From Podarcis bocagei (lineage: Eukaryota), in the NCBI GenBank assembly GCA_964188305.1, contig OZ076890.1: 64,000 nucleotides of DNA; one strand, written 5' to 3'. Positions within the stretch are counted from its first letter, which is position 1; every line of letters starts with the position of its first letter. The notes below the pieces were generated by a model. That model ran no database searches, was not told where the DNA came from, and was given only the letters and a program-made list of their open reading frames with translations. The position numbers and the translations under genes are program-made. Of this stretch, positions 1 to 12,171 are shown piece after piece.

Positions 1-1612
1 AAATAGGAGGTCATATCAAAGCCAGAAAATTATTACTGCTAAAGGAAGGAATCCTTATCGCCTTTGTGTGAGACTTTGGCTCTTCAGATCTTTTAAGCCC
101 CGTTCTTGATCTTTTGTCAAAAGTCATGTTGACACTATTTCCCTAGCCCGAAGCATACAAGATTACGAATAGAATTGTATCTCTTCAATGGAATGCTGGT
201 TCTTGGTTTGTTTTCTGTTCAGGATATAAGCTGCCCCCCGCCCGACACCCCCAAGAAAGATCAGACAGACATACTTGGCTTTTAGTTGCAGACAAAGGTT
301 CACTGTCAGATTTTGATCTTGAAGACCTTCGGGGTAATATACAAGGAAGTGCTCTGCCCCCTGTTTAAAATATTCAACACGCATCTGATAACGACTACTT
401 AGAAATGCTCAGGCTTTAAAGTGTTAATTTTAGATGAGGTTCTACGGCAGCAGGAATGGTATGATATTCCTTCATAATGCTTTCATTAGCCTCTGTGTAT
501 CCAAAAAGCTCCCAGACAAATTTAATTTCACAAAACATGATTTGGGCAAGTGCCATAGCTACTTAGCATGCATGTTTCATCAAATACATTCCTTTTGAGA
601 GGATCAGACTTGTTGAGAAATCTGCTGAATAACATGATTTGTGCACGCCCAAATCTACTCATCAACACTACCCATCCCTTAGGGTAACCCAGGGCCTATC
701 ACATCCAGCAGAAATGTCATATCCCGGGGAAGCTTAGATTTATGTCGGGATTTCTGGACATTGGTAGATAAGCATTATGAACTGGTAGTAGATAGCTAAG
801 TATTAAACGGTAGATAAGAAAATCTGATTTGACGAAAGTTTCAGGTTACATCCTGTTTTCATGAAATAAAAAAACCCCATTTTTCATAGAGCTGAGCCAA
901 AACCTCTTTAGAGAACGTTTTATGACTTGAATCTGGTGGCTATGCAATTAGGTTCTCATGAAGCTGCACCCTTCTTCTTAACAGTTTCACAACAACTGCC
1001 ACTTCTTTGCATGGTTCTGGTTGCAGTCATGCTCCTTGTTACTGGGCACATGTTCCTTGAGGCCCTTCATCACAGGATAAGAGAAGGAAGCAACAGTTCC
1101 TATGTTTGCCTTCATCCTTTGCACCAGAACCTGTGACTCTCTAGCTGTTATTAGACTACAACTCATGCTGGCTGGGATTGAGGGGAGTTGGAATCCCACA
1201 TAATCAGAAAGGTCCAATCCTGCTTTCTATCACATTAACTGGCATCACCACCAAGCTTCTGAGAAAGGACCCCTTTTTGACATCTTCTTGGGAGAAAGGA
1301 ACCATGAAGCACTGAAGAAATGGTGCTCAGCAAGGCTGGCCTCAGGTGACAGGTGACTGGGGCCGAGGAGTTGTTGCGAGCACAGAGCTGGGTTGCTATT
1401 CTGCTTTTTCTGTGCCCAATGCTTCTCTCTAGTGCATGGAGGATGTCATGAAAATGAACCCAACATTGGGGGAGGGGAAGCATTTGATAAATGTCTGTTT
1501 AGCTCTTTATGAAACCAGTTTTGATTCAAGTATGACTCAGCTACCCATCAGCTTCTGTACATGGGACTGAGGGGAGGGTTCCAACTTGTTTTGTGCCAGT
1601 CATGTTCTAAAG

Positions 1613-1748
1613 CAATGTTTCCCAAACTTGGGTCTTCAGCTGTTTTGGGACCACAGCTCCCATCATCCCTAGCTAGCGGTGTTAATGGTCAGGGACGATG
1701 GGAATTGTAGTCCAAAAACAGCTGGAGATCCAAGTTTGGGAAACAGTG
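1613..1748. mobile_element. Palindromic hAT-type MITE (Charlie/MER5-like)
   Basis: Arms CAATGTTTCCCAAACTTGG...CCAAGTTTGGGAAACAGTG; 8-bp flanks TTCTAAAG (1605-1612) and CTCTAAAG (1749-1756). Confidence 0.8.
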
Positions 1749-2948
1749 CTCTAAAGTCTGTGGGGAGCCTCCCTGTTGTACATAATGTCTGCACACACTA
1801 TCCAATGTATGGTGGATGGAGGGTATTGAGATGCCACAAAAAGGCAGAAATATATGGCCCTACTCTTACCCATATTGCATGAAGATTAATAAGTCTAACT
1901 AAAGCTGCAGAATATTGTGTGGGGCAGCAAACTGACTTTAACCTGCAGTCAAGCAAAGAATGAAATCGCAGCGTGGTCGCTGAGCACCCATTCCAATGTT
2001 CTTTGCTGCACACAACTGCCAAGTTCCAGGGAGAGACTTTTAAGCACTCTGAAGGAATTTACTGAGCAAACATTATACAAAGCCAATCCACATAATATAC
2101 ACTGTAGATTCCACAGCCAAGTTTAGATTCAACAAGCCGTGAGAGGATGTCATGATAATAACATAACCCATTGTATTAAACCAATATTTTTGATCAAAGG
2201 AACATGGATTATATGGTCGATCCTTCAGAAGCTCTCTAAAATGACAGGCACACAACAAAAGAGGAAACAGGTCCCAATTATGAGTTTTAAGCTTTATTGT
2301 GGAAATTCTGTTTTTAAAAGGTTACATGCATACTAGGTGATGCACTCTCTCTCTCTATCTTTCTCTCTCGCACACAAACACAGGCACAGGATGTCTAATT
2401 AATGCATTCCTATTTAAATAACTATAACCAACATAAATAAAACCCTGGAGCCTGAAGCACTGAAGAAACCAAGCTGACCTTTTGGAAAGCTTTACCAGAC
2501 CCTAGGGATAAATTCCTTAAGATGAAACAAGTTATTGTGGTTTAGGACAATTCTTTACCTCAGGTGAGGTAAAAACAAAAATCCCCAGGACACATTTTAA
2601 TTGAAAGCAGAGGTGCAGAGAGGCAGGGGGGGGGGAATTACTAATGCAAATGCTCTTGTTTCTGTGAGAGCAGAACCACTAAGGTACCATGAAAAGTTGA
2701 CTAACACCAACATTCCTACAATTCTACATTTCTCGAGTTAAAGGTTGCAATCCTATATCCCCTTATCTTGAAGTAAATCCTATTGAATTCAATGGGACTA
2801 ACTTTTGAGTTGACCTAGAGGCTTCTTGTTCTTAACATTAGCTTTGTAACTGCCAACTTCTTTAAGGCTTCATTAGGTTTGGAAAGTATTTTCATTTAGC
2901 TCTGAATAAATGCCAATCCATATTCCCTACCCTGAAGTAAAATAACTC

Positions 2949-3214
2949 AGACCTTCCAAGTGCTCCTACTTTCCAGGGACAGTCCCAGATTTACAGAAGC
3001 TGTCCCAGTTTCTGATTTGATCCTGGAATGTTCCCCTTTTCCTTAGGATGTCCCTATTTCCATTGGAGAAATGTTGGGAGGTATGGAGTTATGTGGCCTT
3101 GAGCCAAGGAGATATGTAACTATGCAACCTTTAGAAGACATCTGAAGGCAGCCCTCTATAGGGACGTTTTAAAATGTTTGATGTTTTATTATGTTTTTAT
3201 ATACGTTGGAAGCA

Positions 3215-3215
<1 letters not shown>
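2949..3215. mobile_element. Degenerate hAT-like MITE followed by a short L2 3' end fragment
   Basis: CAGACCTTCCAAG...TTGGGAGGTATG imperfect TIRs with GTCCC subterminal repeats; then TTTAGAAGACATCTGAAGGCAGCCCT matching the L2 3' ends at 10.4 and 12.5 kb. Confidence 0.5.

Positions 3216-3278
<63 letters not shown>
3216..3278. repeat. (TTA)n microsatellite
   Basis: Direct reading. Confidence 0.95.
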
Positions 3279-3554
3279 GAATAGTACATCCCTATCTTCA
3301 TCAGAGAAATGTTGAACAGCACCGACAACAAGAAGGAGCTGTACAGTGAACTATTAAATAGATACAATCCCTTCTCCTAGACTTAAACTCTACTGCAGGC
3401 ATAACAGAGATGGAAAGAACAGAGGGCTTTTAAAAAACTGGAATATGGAGATGAAGTACCAAGCTAATTGTGAGGCCAAAAAGGAAAATTAATTTACAGC
3501 TAAGTGACATCCCATGGAAACATTAGCCATCTGAAGATTAACACTGTGAGTCAG

Positions 3555-3700
3555 GGGAGTGTTGGTTAGAATTCCAGATGAGACAAGGGCGGACAAGAGA
3601 CCTGAGTTCTAATCTCACTCAGTAAGAAGATTCATGGGTAGACACTGGACCAGACTTTCTCTCTCATTTTGATGTACCTCACAGGGTTGTTGCAAGAAGC
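3555..3700 (+). mobile_element. Degraded MIR/CORE-like tRNA-derived SINE
   Basis: B-box-like GAGTTCTAATC and core-like TACCTCACAGGGTTGTTG. Confidence 0.55.
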
Positions 3701-3745
3701 GACATATCTTTTCTGTTTCCTTAAGCTGCATAGAAATAAGGTAGA

Positions 3746-3748
<3 letters not shown>

Positions 3749-3796
<48 letters not shown>
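3749..3796. repeat. (AC)n microsatellite
   Basis: Direct reading. Confidence 0.95.
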
Positions 3797-3798
<2 letters not shown>

Positions 3799-4576
3799 AT
3801 CCTTCTGCTGAAAACCCAAATATGGAAAAGTGCACAAATGCCCAAATAATCTTTGTGTGTCTGACTGGGGGAAGGGGGGAAGGTGTAGCAAAAAGGAAAG
3901 ATAAAAAAAGATTGTTTAAGGATGACAACATCCCTCTAAGCCTCAACTGTTCTAAATCTAACACATCCTCTCTTATAGACATCAGAATGCACCAATGCAA
4001 CCATTTCAGATTCAAAACATGCTTGTCACTTTTTTGTGACAATGTCAGTCTGATGAAAAGTGTCTTAGTTTTGTTTTCCCAAGGGGGGGGAAAAAACCCT
4101 CAGTGACTCAAGACAGTATTGTGTTAGCTGAGGAAACAAGTAATGTCCAAAGCTTAATATCATGAATGCCTATTAATCATAAAGTCAGCTTGACTTTATC
4201 AGGGTAAAACACACCTAGCAGCTGGGTTTGGGGCAGGGGGGATATTCTAAATGTGTCCACAAAAACAGAGTTTGTTCACTAAGTTTCTCCACTTAAGTAC
4301 ATCTCTCTGCTATTGGCTTCCCAAATGAATCAGGCAGATGCTCACAGCTACCGCATCACGATTTTTGCATCTATTTCATTATCTTTTCGCAACCATGGGA
4401 ATTACTTTCAGGCAGTGTGGCTATAGCAATAAATGGTCCAGGTCCCATCAATGTTCTCAGAGACCTTATTTCAGGAAGGCCACAGATCAGGAAGAGTTAA
4501 GGATGCTTCTAAAAATTCTCACCTGCATTTCTCCCTCTGAGCCCAGCTTCAGCTGGGGAGGGCGGGATATAAATAA

Positions 4577-4577
<1 letters not shown>

Positions 4578-4640
<63 letters not shown>
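4578..4640. repeat. (TTA)n microsatellite, tail of a short SINE/L2-type 3' end
   Basis: Follows GGGAGGGCGGGATATAAATAAA. Confidence 0.9.
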
Positions 4641-4641
<1 letters not shown>

Positions 4642-5657
4642 GTTCCAAATTGGTACGATGTCCAAAGCAGAACAGTAGAGTACTAGGAGCATTGAGAGCC
4701 ATACATTCTGATTCTATTGCCCACACATCCAAAACGAAGACTTGAAAGTCTGGTAAATGGTTGTATTTATTAAAGTATAACTTCATTTTTGCAAACAAAT
4801 CAGGATAAATGCTCAATAAGCAGGTAGTCTGGAAATACCTGTTGACACATGCTATATAAGATATGAAGCATATGCATCTTAATGTATCCTTGAGGGCAAT
4901 CGAGGTATAGTATATTGTTTGGAGAAGATTTTAAATCTCTCAAAAGTTGCAAAGATTAATGTTGTTTCCTGCGGAGTTTAAAGTCTTAACAATAGAGACA
5001 GGAGAATTCAAATCTACCGGATGCCCACAGCAGCATACAATGCCATTGTGCTTGTATAAAATACTTGACTCTAGAGGTAGACACATTCACATAGGCAACA
5101 CCGCAGCACTTGTATAAAAATCTGGTTGTCTCTAGCCCTAGACTGACTCATAGCAGCAGAACCCTTGCGATGCCAGTGAGGCATAATCAATGCAAGAGCA
5201 TTTAGCTTGACAGGCATGATACCTGAAGCAAAACCAACCTGCTGTTAAATAGTTTTCTCCACAGAGCAAACTCTAGATGAAAGTAAGGGGCACAACTCTT
5301 TTAGCCCACATCAGCCATATGTTTTAGTCAGCCATGAAATTTTTTTAACTTGTTTATTCAGCCTAGGGCTCTCCAGCTGCTGCCTTGCAGCCTCTCAGGG
5401 TTCCTGCCTTCTGCAATGGATTCAGAGGGAGAGAGGGAGGTGTATCATTTAGTGTGGTAACATTAAAACTTGGTTGGGTCTGACTCTGTACAACGAGCTT
5501 CAGACAGGAAGAGAGAAGCAACCACAGGCATTTCATGAAGGCCTTTTACATTCCCTCTCCCCAAAATCATGTGTGTCAGCATTTCAAATGGCAGATAAAA
5601 GAATAATAATACCTGAGGCAAATTAGCAACATTTTTAAAAGCAGAATTATTTATTCC

Positions 5658-5784
5658 TAGTGCTATTTTTCTAGAAAAAGAGGTGCTGGATCTCACCATG
5701 AACGCCTCCTTTGTTCTCTTATAATGGCAATGGTGTCCACCTGAGAGGTGCCAGAACTGAGTTCCAGTTGAAAAAAAAGCCCTG
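5658..5784. mobile_element. Short hAT-type MITE
   Basis: Ends TAGTGCTATTTTT / AAAAAAAGCCCTG; 8-bp flanks TTTATTCC (5650-5657) and GTTATTCC (5785-5792). Confidence 0.65.
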
Positions 5785-5814
5785 GTTATTCCTAAATTCC
5801 TAGATTTTTATTTT

Positions 5815-5977
5815 ATTGTTATTTCATTTACTAATTTTTTATACTGTCCTTCATCCGAAGATCAGAGGGCAGTTTACAATATAAAAATACAAAAATATGT
5901 AACATAATAGCAAACAAAAACAATACCCCCCGACACACACACAGTTTAAATGCCACACACACACACACACACACACA

Positions 5978-6014
<37 letters not shown>

Positions 6015-6165
6015 CAGTCAAGGGCCTTGGAGAAGATAAATGTTTTTGACTGGTGCCTAAAGATATGTAATGAAAGCACCAGGTTAGCTTCTTTGAGGAG
6101 AGCATTCCACAAATGGGGGGCCACCGTAGAAAAGGCCCTTTCTTATGTTGCCGCCCTCCAAACCT
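5815..6165 (-). mobile_element. L2 LINE 3' fragment interrupted by a (CA)n(GT)n palindrome
   Basis: Reverse strand reads RAFSTVAP-LWN-L type L2 C-terminus (GCATTCCACAAATGGGGGGCCACCGTAGAAAAGGCCCT). Confidence 0.65.
5954..6011. repeat. Inverted dinucleotide microsatellite (CA)n-(GT)n, perfect palindrome
   Basis: Symmetry centre AC|GT at 5980/5981, about 27-nt arms. Confidence 0.95.
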
Positions 6166-6320
6166 CTCAAGAAAGATGCACACAAGGAAGGGACTCGATG
6201 GTAATTGTGAAGTCTGTATTGGTTCATATGGGGAGAGGCATTGGTTGTCCCATGGCAAAACAGAATAGATGACTAGTGGGCTGTTTTCAGGTTGGTGGAA
6301 CACACAAATTGTGTTACCTT

Positions 6321-7566
6321 CATAGGCGCCGACTCCATGGGGCCTGAGGGGGCCCGAGCCCCCTCAAAAATTCGTTTGGGGGGCTCCGCCCCCCCCAATA
6401 ATCTCGGGCGCCCCTCCAGCAGAGCGCCGCCGCCGCTCACAGGGGGAAATTGCAGGTTTCTTTTCCAAAAAAAACCACCCCACCCCATGTCCGTGTGCTC
6501 GTCCCCGGCGCTTCCTCAGGAAGGCCGGAGCAGGCGGGGTTGCCATGGCAACCAGCGGCAAGTAGGCGCTCGTTCCTTGCGAAGGGGGCGGCGGCGGCGG
6601 CTCCCGCTCTGGCTCTGTCGGGAGCGCGCGCGCGCGGTAGCATGGGCTGCCTAGACCGCAATGCCTCTGCCATCGGAATCTCTCCCTGAGGCGCCTGTCC
6701 CAGGCCGGGCCTTTTTCTCCTCCTTTTTCTAACTGACAGGGTGAAGGTGGGCCTAGGAGGGAGGTCGCTCGGGGACGCTGTTTCTCGGCTGGCCGACAAG
6801 CCGACGACGACAATGTCTTCTGAGGGGGTGGGAGGGGCGGCCACGTGCGCACGAAGGATCCTGACGAGACGCGAGTCAGCCCCGGCCACGCCTGCCTCGG
6901 AGCTCCGAGCGAGGCGGGCGGTGGCTCAAGAGAGCGTTAGCTTTTCCTTCTCGGCGAGGGCGAAGCTCCTGACTCGTCAGCGGCCGGACACAACGCCAGG
7001 GACTAGCGCCGTGGCCAGTTTGAAGCGGCTCGCCGAGGAGGAGTTTCCGTGCGCATTCGCCGCAGCAGCAACAACGAAGGAATAGGGGAGGTGCTTCTCG
7101 CCGGGCCTCTGGGCGCCGCCCGCGTTCGGGAGGTGCTGGCTCTCCTCTGGCATTGGTGACCGCGGCGGTCGGTCGGTCACCCCCGCCTCATCCCCACCTG
7201 CTCCCTCACCAGCCAGCCAGCCAGCCGCGCGCCCTAGCCGGAGAGCCCCGGCCGTCCCCGTCGCGCAATCGGCTGGATCTCCCTTCAGCAGGCCGTGCTC
7301 ACAACTCGGCCCAGGGACCCCCCAGCAGTGGATCTCCGGCCCAGCTGAAGAATCCGGCAACAAGCCCCCTCCTCCCCAATCGCTCCGCCGAAATACGCTC
7401 CAAAACCCCCCAGATAGGCCGCCGGCCGCCAAGTCTTGTGGCGCCCTGAGCGAGGGTCTCTCCCCAACACCGCCACCTCGAACTGCGTTCTCCCGGCTAC
7501 CCGAGCGAACCAGCGGCAGGACCCCGGTATGGGCCCCCCAATATTTTTTATAAGTCGGCGCCCCTG
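6321..7566. mobile_element. Non-autonomous hAT-superfamily DNA transposon with GC/CpG-rich cargo
   Basis: TIRs CATAGGCGCCGACT / AGTCGGCGCCCCTG (12 of 14 match); exact 8-bp TSD GTTACCTT at 6313-6320 and 7567-7574; no transposase ORF. Confidence 0.9.
6539..6552. promoter_or_regulatory. Perfect palindromic RFX X-box motif inside the hAT element
   Basis: GTTGCCATGGCAAC; motif match only, function untested. Confidence 0.5.
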
Positions 7567-8640
7567 GTTACCTTGCCCATATATTTGTACTTTCCCCTGA
7601 AGAAATCTCCAGAAGAGAATTTTTGTTCCTTCTTCAGATTGGGGGGGGAGTGAGGGGGGAGAGAGAGAAAGAGAGAGAGGGGAACAAAAATTGAGGTAGT
7701 AAACTAAGGACATCTCTTCCCATTAAGCTTCTAAAAAAGCCAGCATGTGGGAATATCTCTCTTTCTAAGCGATTTACTTTACAGTATTAGCCCTTTAAGC
7801 ATTTTTTCATGTTTTTCATTTTAAAAGCAGTCAGGCATCAAATGATAGGAGGTGTTTAACACAAAGGACACTCGCAGCAGCAGCTTTGATTCACCCGTTC
7901 AAAGACTGACTTAGCAGCTGCATAGTCTGCTAGGAAGAACCCCCAAACAAATTTTTAATCTTTGGTGCCAAGTACAGGTCACCAGAGGGAAGGCATATAC
8001 AGTACTTGAAGGAGGATCAGGGTTTAAAATTATAGAGTGGTGTTTTAAAATCACAAATTCTCAGGATCTGAGCCTTCTTCGGGCATTCAGCCTGAGCACA
8101 TGGAGGTGAAATATTTGTAGAAGGAAAGAGGTACAGGCATTCATCGTGCCCACAATGTTCCCAAACATACTGAGCTCACCAGCTGCACCCCTACCTTCCT
8201 GTTTTGTGTGAGATGGTCTTAAGGGGGCTTTTAGATCTCTACACCTTTCTTGTCATTGCATGTTGGGCATCTGTGTGTCTGAAAGGGACTGAAAGAGCAA
8301 CCAATGGCCACTATTCAGACTCTATTCAGCCTCTATTCAGCAAGGGAAGAGAATGACAGAAGCTTCTGGAATACAACTCCCATTATCCTTAATCCATTGG
8401 CCATGCTAGCTGGGGCTCATAGGAATTAAAGTCCAAGAAATCTGCAAGGCCATGCGTTCCTGACCTCTGATGAGGAGATTAAGGCAGGATTGTCCCCTCT
8501 CCTCAATGGTATTTGATATAGTCCTAGAACCTATAGCATGCTTCATTAAAGAGTCCAATGAACTGAGAGGCTTCAAATGGGCAAACAGGAATGTAGATGA
8601 CACACTGCTCTTAAGTGACCCACTCAATCTTGTTCCTATA

Positions 8641-9339
8641 AAGGTAAAGGTAAAGGGACCCCTGGGACACGGGTGGTGCTGTGGGTAAAACCTCAGTGCC
8701 TAGGACTTGCCGATCACATGGTCGGCGGGGTGAGCTCCCGTCTTCGGTCCCAGCTCCTGCCCACCTAGCAGTTCGAAAGCACCCCCGGGTGCAAGTAGAT
8801 AAATAGGGACCGCTTACCAGTGGGAAGGTAAACGGCGTTCCGTGTGCTGCGCTGGCTCGCCAGATGCAGCTTGTCACGCTGGCCACGTGACCCGGAAGTG
8901 TCTGCGGACAGCGCTGGCTCCCGGCCTATAGAGTGAGATGAGCGCACAACCCTAGAGTCTGGCAAGACTGGCCCGTACGGGCAGGGGTACCTTTACCTTT
9001 ACCTTTAAAGGGACCCCTGACCATTAGGTCCAGTCATGACCGACTCTGGGATTGCGGTGCTCATCTCACTTTTTGGCCGAGGGAGCCGGCGTACAGCTTC
9101 CAGGTCATGTGGCCAGCATGACTAAGCTGCTTCTGGCGAACCAGAGAAGCATATGGAAATGCCGTTTACCTTCCCGCCAGAGTGGTACCTATTTATCTAC
9201 TTGCACTTTGACATGCTTTCGAACTGCTAGGTGGGCAAGAGCTGGGACCGAGCAACGGGAGCTCACCCCGTCACAGGGATTCAAACTGCCGACCTTCTGA
9301 TCGGCAAGTCCTAGACTCTGTGGTTTAACCCACAGCGCC
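8641..9339 (-). mobile_element. Sauria SINE (host copy, tail interrupted)
   Basis: AAGGTAAAGGTAAAGGGACCCCTG tail on +; body through GGTTTAACCCACAGCGCC. Confidence 0.9.
8664..9005 (+). mobile_element. Sauria SINE, near full length, nested in the tail of another Sauria SINE
   Basis: GGGACACGGGTGGTGCTG head, (ACCTTT)n tail, 13-bp TSD TAAAGGGACCCCT (8651-8663, 9006-9018). Confidence 0.92.
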
Positions 9340-10091
9340 TGTTGTCAATAATAATACCTCAGCCACCTGTCAGGAAAGAAGATCAACTGGTAAAAATTAG
9401 ACACCAATGCACATGCTCATAGCTCTGGCATTTACTGTTTGGTGAAACAAGGGAACTAGAAGGAATATGACTACAGGCACAGCACTTCCCTGACTTGACT
9501 CAGAACACATCCCTTCTTTGATGTGGATGGGGAAAAGCAAAATGGCCAGTGCTTTTTTTCTGGCGGTACGCTACGGTACAGAATACTACCCACTTTTGGG
9601 GGAGGGAAGGAGGCTGGATGGCTCTTGGACCCCTTCAGAGCATCGCACCTCCATCCTCAAGTCTGAGAAGTGTTTGCCCAGCTCAGGGAAGGAGACACCA
9701 TGCTCTAACAGGATCCTGGAGCTGTCAGAATGACCTTCCAAAACTCAGCGATATGTGAGTGACGGTGTGGATGTTTTCATATAATTGAACTCCCCTTTAA
9801 AAAATAAAGATAAAACCTACAGCAGCTGTAGCACTATAAATGATACATCTCGAAGGCCTTCAGGAATTCATCTCCACTTGAATACTTACCAGAATAAAGG
9901 CAGACCTAAAACACTTGTCAGTGCTGCCAATATCTAGCCTGGGGCAAAATAAATATAATTAAAATGAGCATCCTGCTCATGATTTGAAAGTGTCATTGAA
10001 CTCTTCTGGACCTTGCTGGACTGATGGATGATGGAGAGATGGGATGTGCATGGCTGGAATGTAGCCTACTGTACAAAGGTAAGAGACGTAT

Positions 10092-10556
10092 CCAGCTAGA
10101 CTGGTGACTGGGAGTGGCCGCCAAGACCACATAACACCGGTCTTGAAAGACCTACATTGGCTCCCAGTATGTTTCCAAGCACAGGTCGAAGTGTTGGTTT
10201 TGACCTTTAAAGCCCTAAATGGCCTCGGCCCAGTAAACCTGAAGGAGCGTCTCCACTGCCACCATTCAGCCCGGACACTGAGGTCCAGTGCCGAGGGCCT
10301 TCTGGCGGTTCCCTCACTACGTGAAGTGAGGTTACAGGGAACCAGGAAGAGGGCCTTCTTGGTAGTGGTGCCTGCCCTGTGGAACACCCTCCCATCAGAT
10401 GTCAAGGAAATAAACAACTATCTGGCTTTTAGAAGACATCTGAAGGCTGCCCTGTTTAGGGAAGTTTTTAATGTTTGGTGCTTTATTGTATTTTTAATAT
10501 TCTTTTGGGAGCCGCCCAGACTGGCTGGGGAAACCTAGCCAGATGGGCAGGGTATA

Positions 10557-10602
<46 letters not shown>
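10092..10602 (+). mobile_element. L2 LINE 3' fragment with (TTA)n tail
   Basis: ORF DHITPVLKDLHWLPV...RAFLVVVPALWNTLP typical of L2 ORF2 C-terminus. Confidence 0.9.
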
Positions 10603-10604
<2 letters not shown>

Positions 10605-12171
10605 TGCTCCATCCAATTTTAGTATTTGGCTCCATTCAGCATTGTACATGACCTCCCATAAGGGGATGTGTTCCTCAGCATACAAAAGGTTGCCCACTGC
10701 TAATACAAAAACTCACCTTTGTTTGTGGAGATCAAGTGAGAAAGTTCATGAAGTGTAGCAGGGAAACAGTGGTTGAATACGGAGAATTGACTGTTCAAAA
10801 CAACAAAGCACCTGTGTTTGCCTCTTGACGGGCTTGATTATACATGCAATGCTGACGCCATCTATGGAAGTCAATAAAAAAACTGGCCAAAACATTTATG
10901 AGAATGTGGATAACTGTCAGAGCTCCTTCACACTACTTAAAAGCATATCCTTTGTATGATCGCTGGCTTGTCCCCCGTTGTGTATTGTGTTAAGAAATGC
11001 AGACTTTGTTTATCTTGGCAGATACATTTAAAAATAGAATATATGGCACCATATTCACTAGCAGAACAATGCAAACAGAAAATATTGATGGCTGGGGAGT
11101 CTCTTGTTCCTAAGGGCAAGCCTGCTCCTGTTTCCTTTGCATATGCTGAATATTAGTAGTTAATGCCCCGTGAAATTTATAGGCTGTTTAGGAAGGAGGA
11201 TGGCTTCGTTCAGTCCCATCACTGATCCCCTTGTCCTGTTTCTGCCATTCTTGCTTCATAGCCCAGTACCTCCTTATCAGTCTGCACACCTACCACCTTC
11301 ACTGGGTGTGCAGCAAGCAAAACAGGGAGAGGAAAAAATCAGCCAACCCCAAGAGCTAGTCAACATTTGCTTTGCTTTGTGTATTTCAATGGTTTTTGAA
11401 CTATAAAGTTTCTTGGCTGACACATTCCTTTGTGTTTTGCATTTTTTGTGTTTGCTTCTGTCTTCTAGATCTTAACAAGCTAACAATGGTTGTCTTTGAT
11501 CGTTTCAGGATTCTTGAGAGGTATATATTTGCCACGTCTGCTGACTGCAGGCAGTCTGCAACTTGGCTTATGATTCTGGTCCTGATCCTGGGTTACAAAC
11601 AGTTCCCATGCGCTTCTCCCATTCTCATCCTGATTCTTGCCATCAGATTGAGAAAGTTGGAAAATTCTGCCAGAAATGGGAGAATAAATTGCTGGTGTTT
11701 GCTGTGCATCCCATATCCAGAATGGAAACCAATCCAGTAAATACTGTTGGTAGTCATTGTTGCTGCTGTTTGCAACCCACAGATAATGCATACTTGATTA
11801 TCTTGTCCCCTACAAAACACACACATTGCATTGGATTTCCCTTCCACTGAAATGCATGGTGTGGAATGATGTAATGATAACATCATTAACTACTTATAAT
11901 TTTTCCACATCAGACAGCAAGACAAATAATATCCTCTTTGTCGGAAACCAAATTGCAGTGGCATGCAAACAGCACTGCATGCAACAAACATGGGGTGGAA
12001 TGGAAAGTGGTGCCTCCTTACATCCATACTTCAGATCAAGTCCAAATGTTAGTTTGTTATCCACTCTGACCTTCAGTATACTGTCATGAGAGGTTATCCC
12101 ACCAAATAAAGCTTCAAACACAGAGAAGACGAAGTTTGCATGTACATTTGTACACTTGATAGTGTACTGGG

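Larger units (their letters stand above)
8460..9395 (+). mobile_element. Degraded L1/Tx1-type reverse transcriptase fragment, interrupted by SINEs
   Basis: RRLRQDCPLSSMVFDIVLEPIA (RGxRQGCPLSPxLF motif) and VDDTLL (YADD-like); KINW-like remnant resumes after the SINEs. Confidence 0.7.

Noticed and set aside
4338-4816. Poly-Leu and poly-Asn ORFs
   Set aside because: Translation of a (TTA)n microsatellite
6292-7713. Overlapping 100-160 aa ORFs on both strands suggesting a gene first exon
   Set aside because: Low-complexity Ala/Pro/Arg/Gly frames expected from high GC; no recognisable domain; mostly inside the TIR/TSD-bounded element
11372-11886. Cluster of about 100 aa ORFs in several frames
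   Set aside because: No known motif or consistent splice structure
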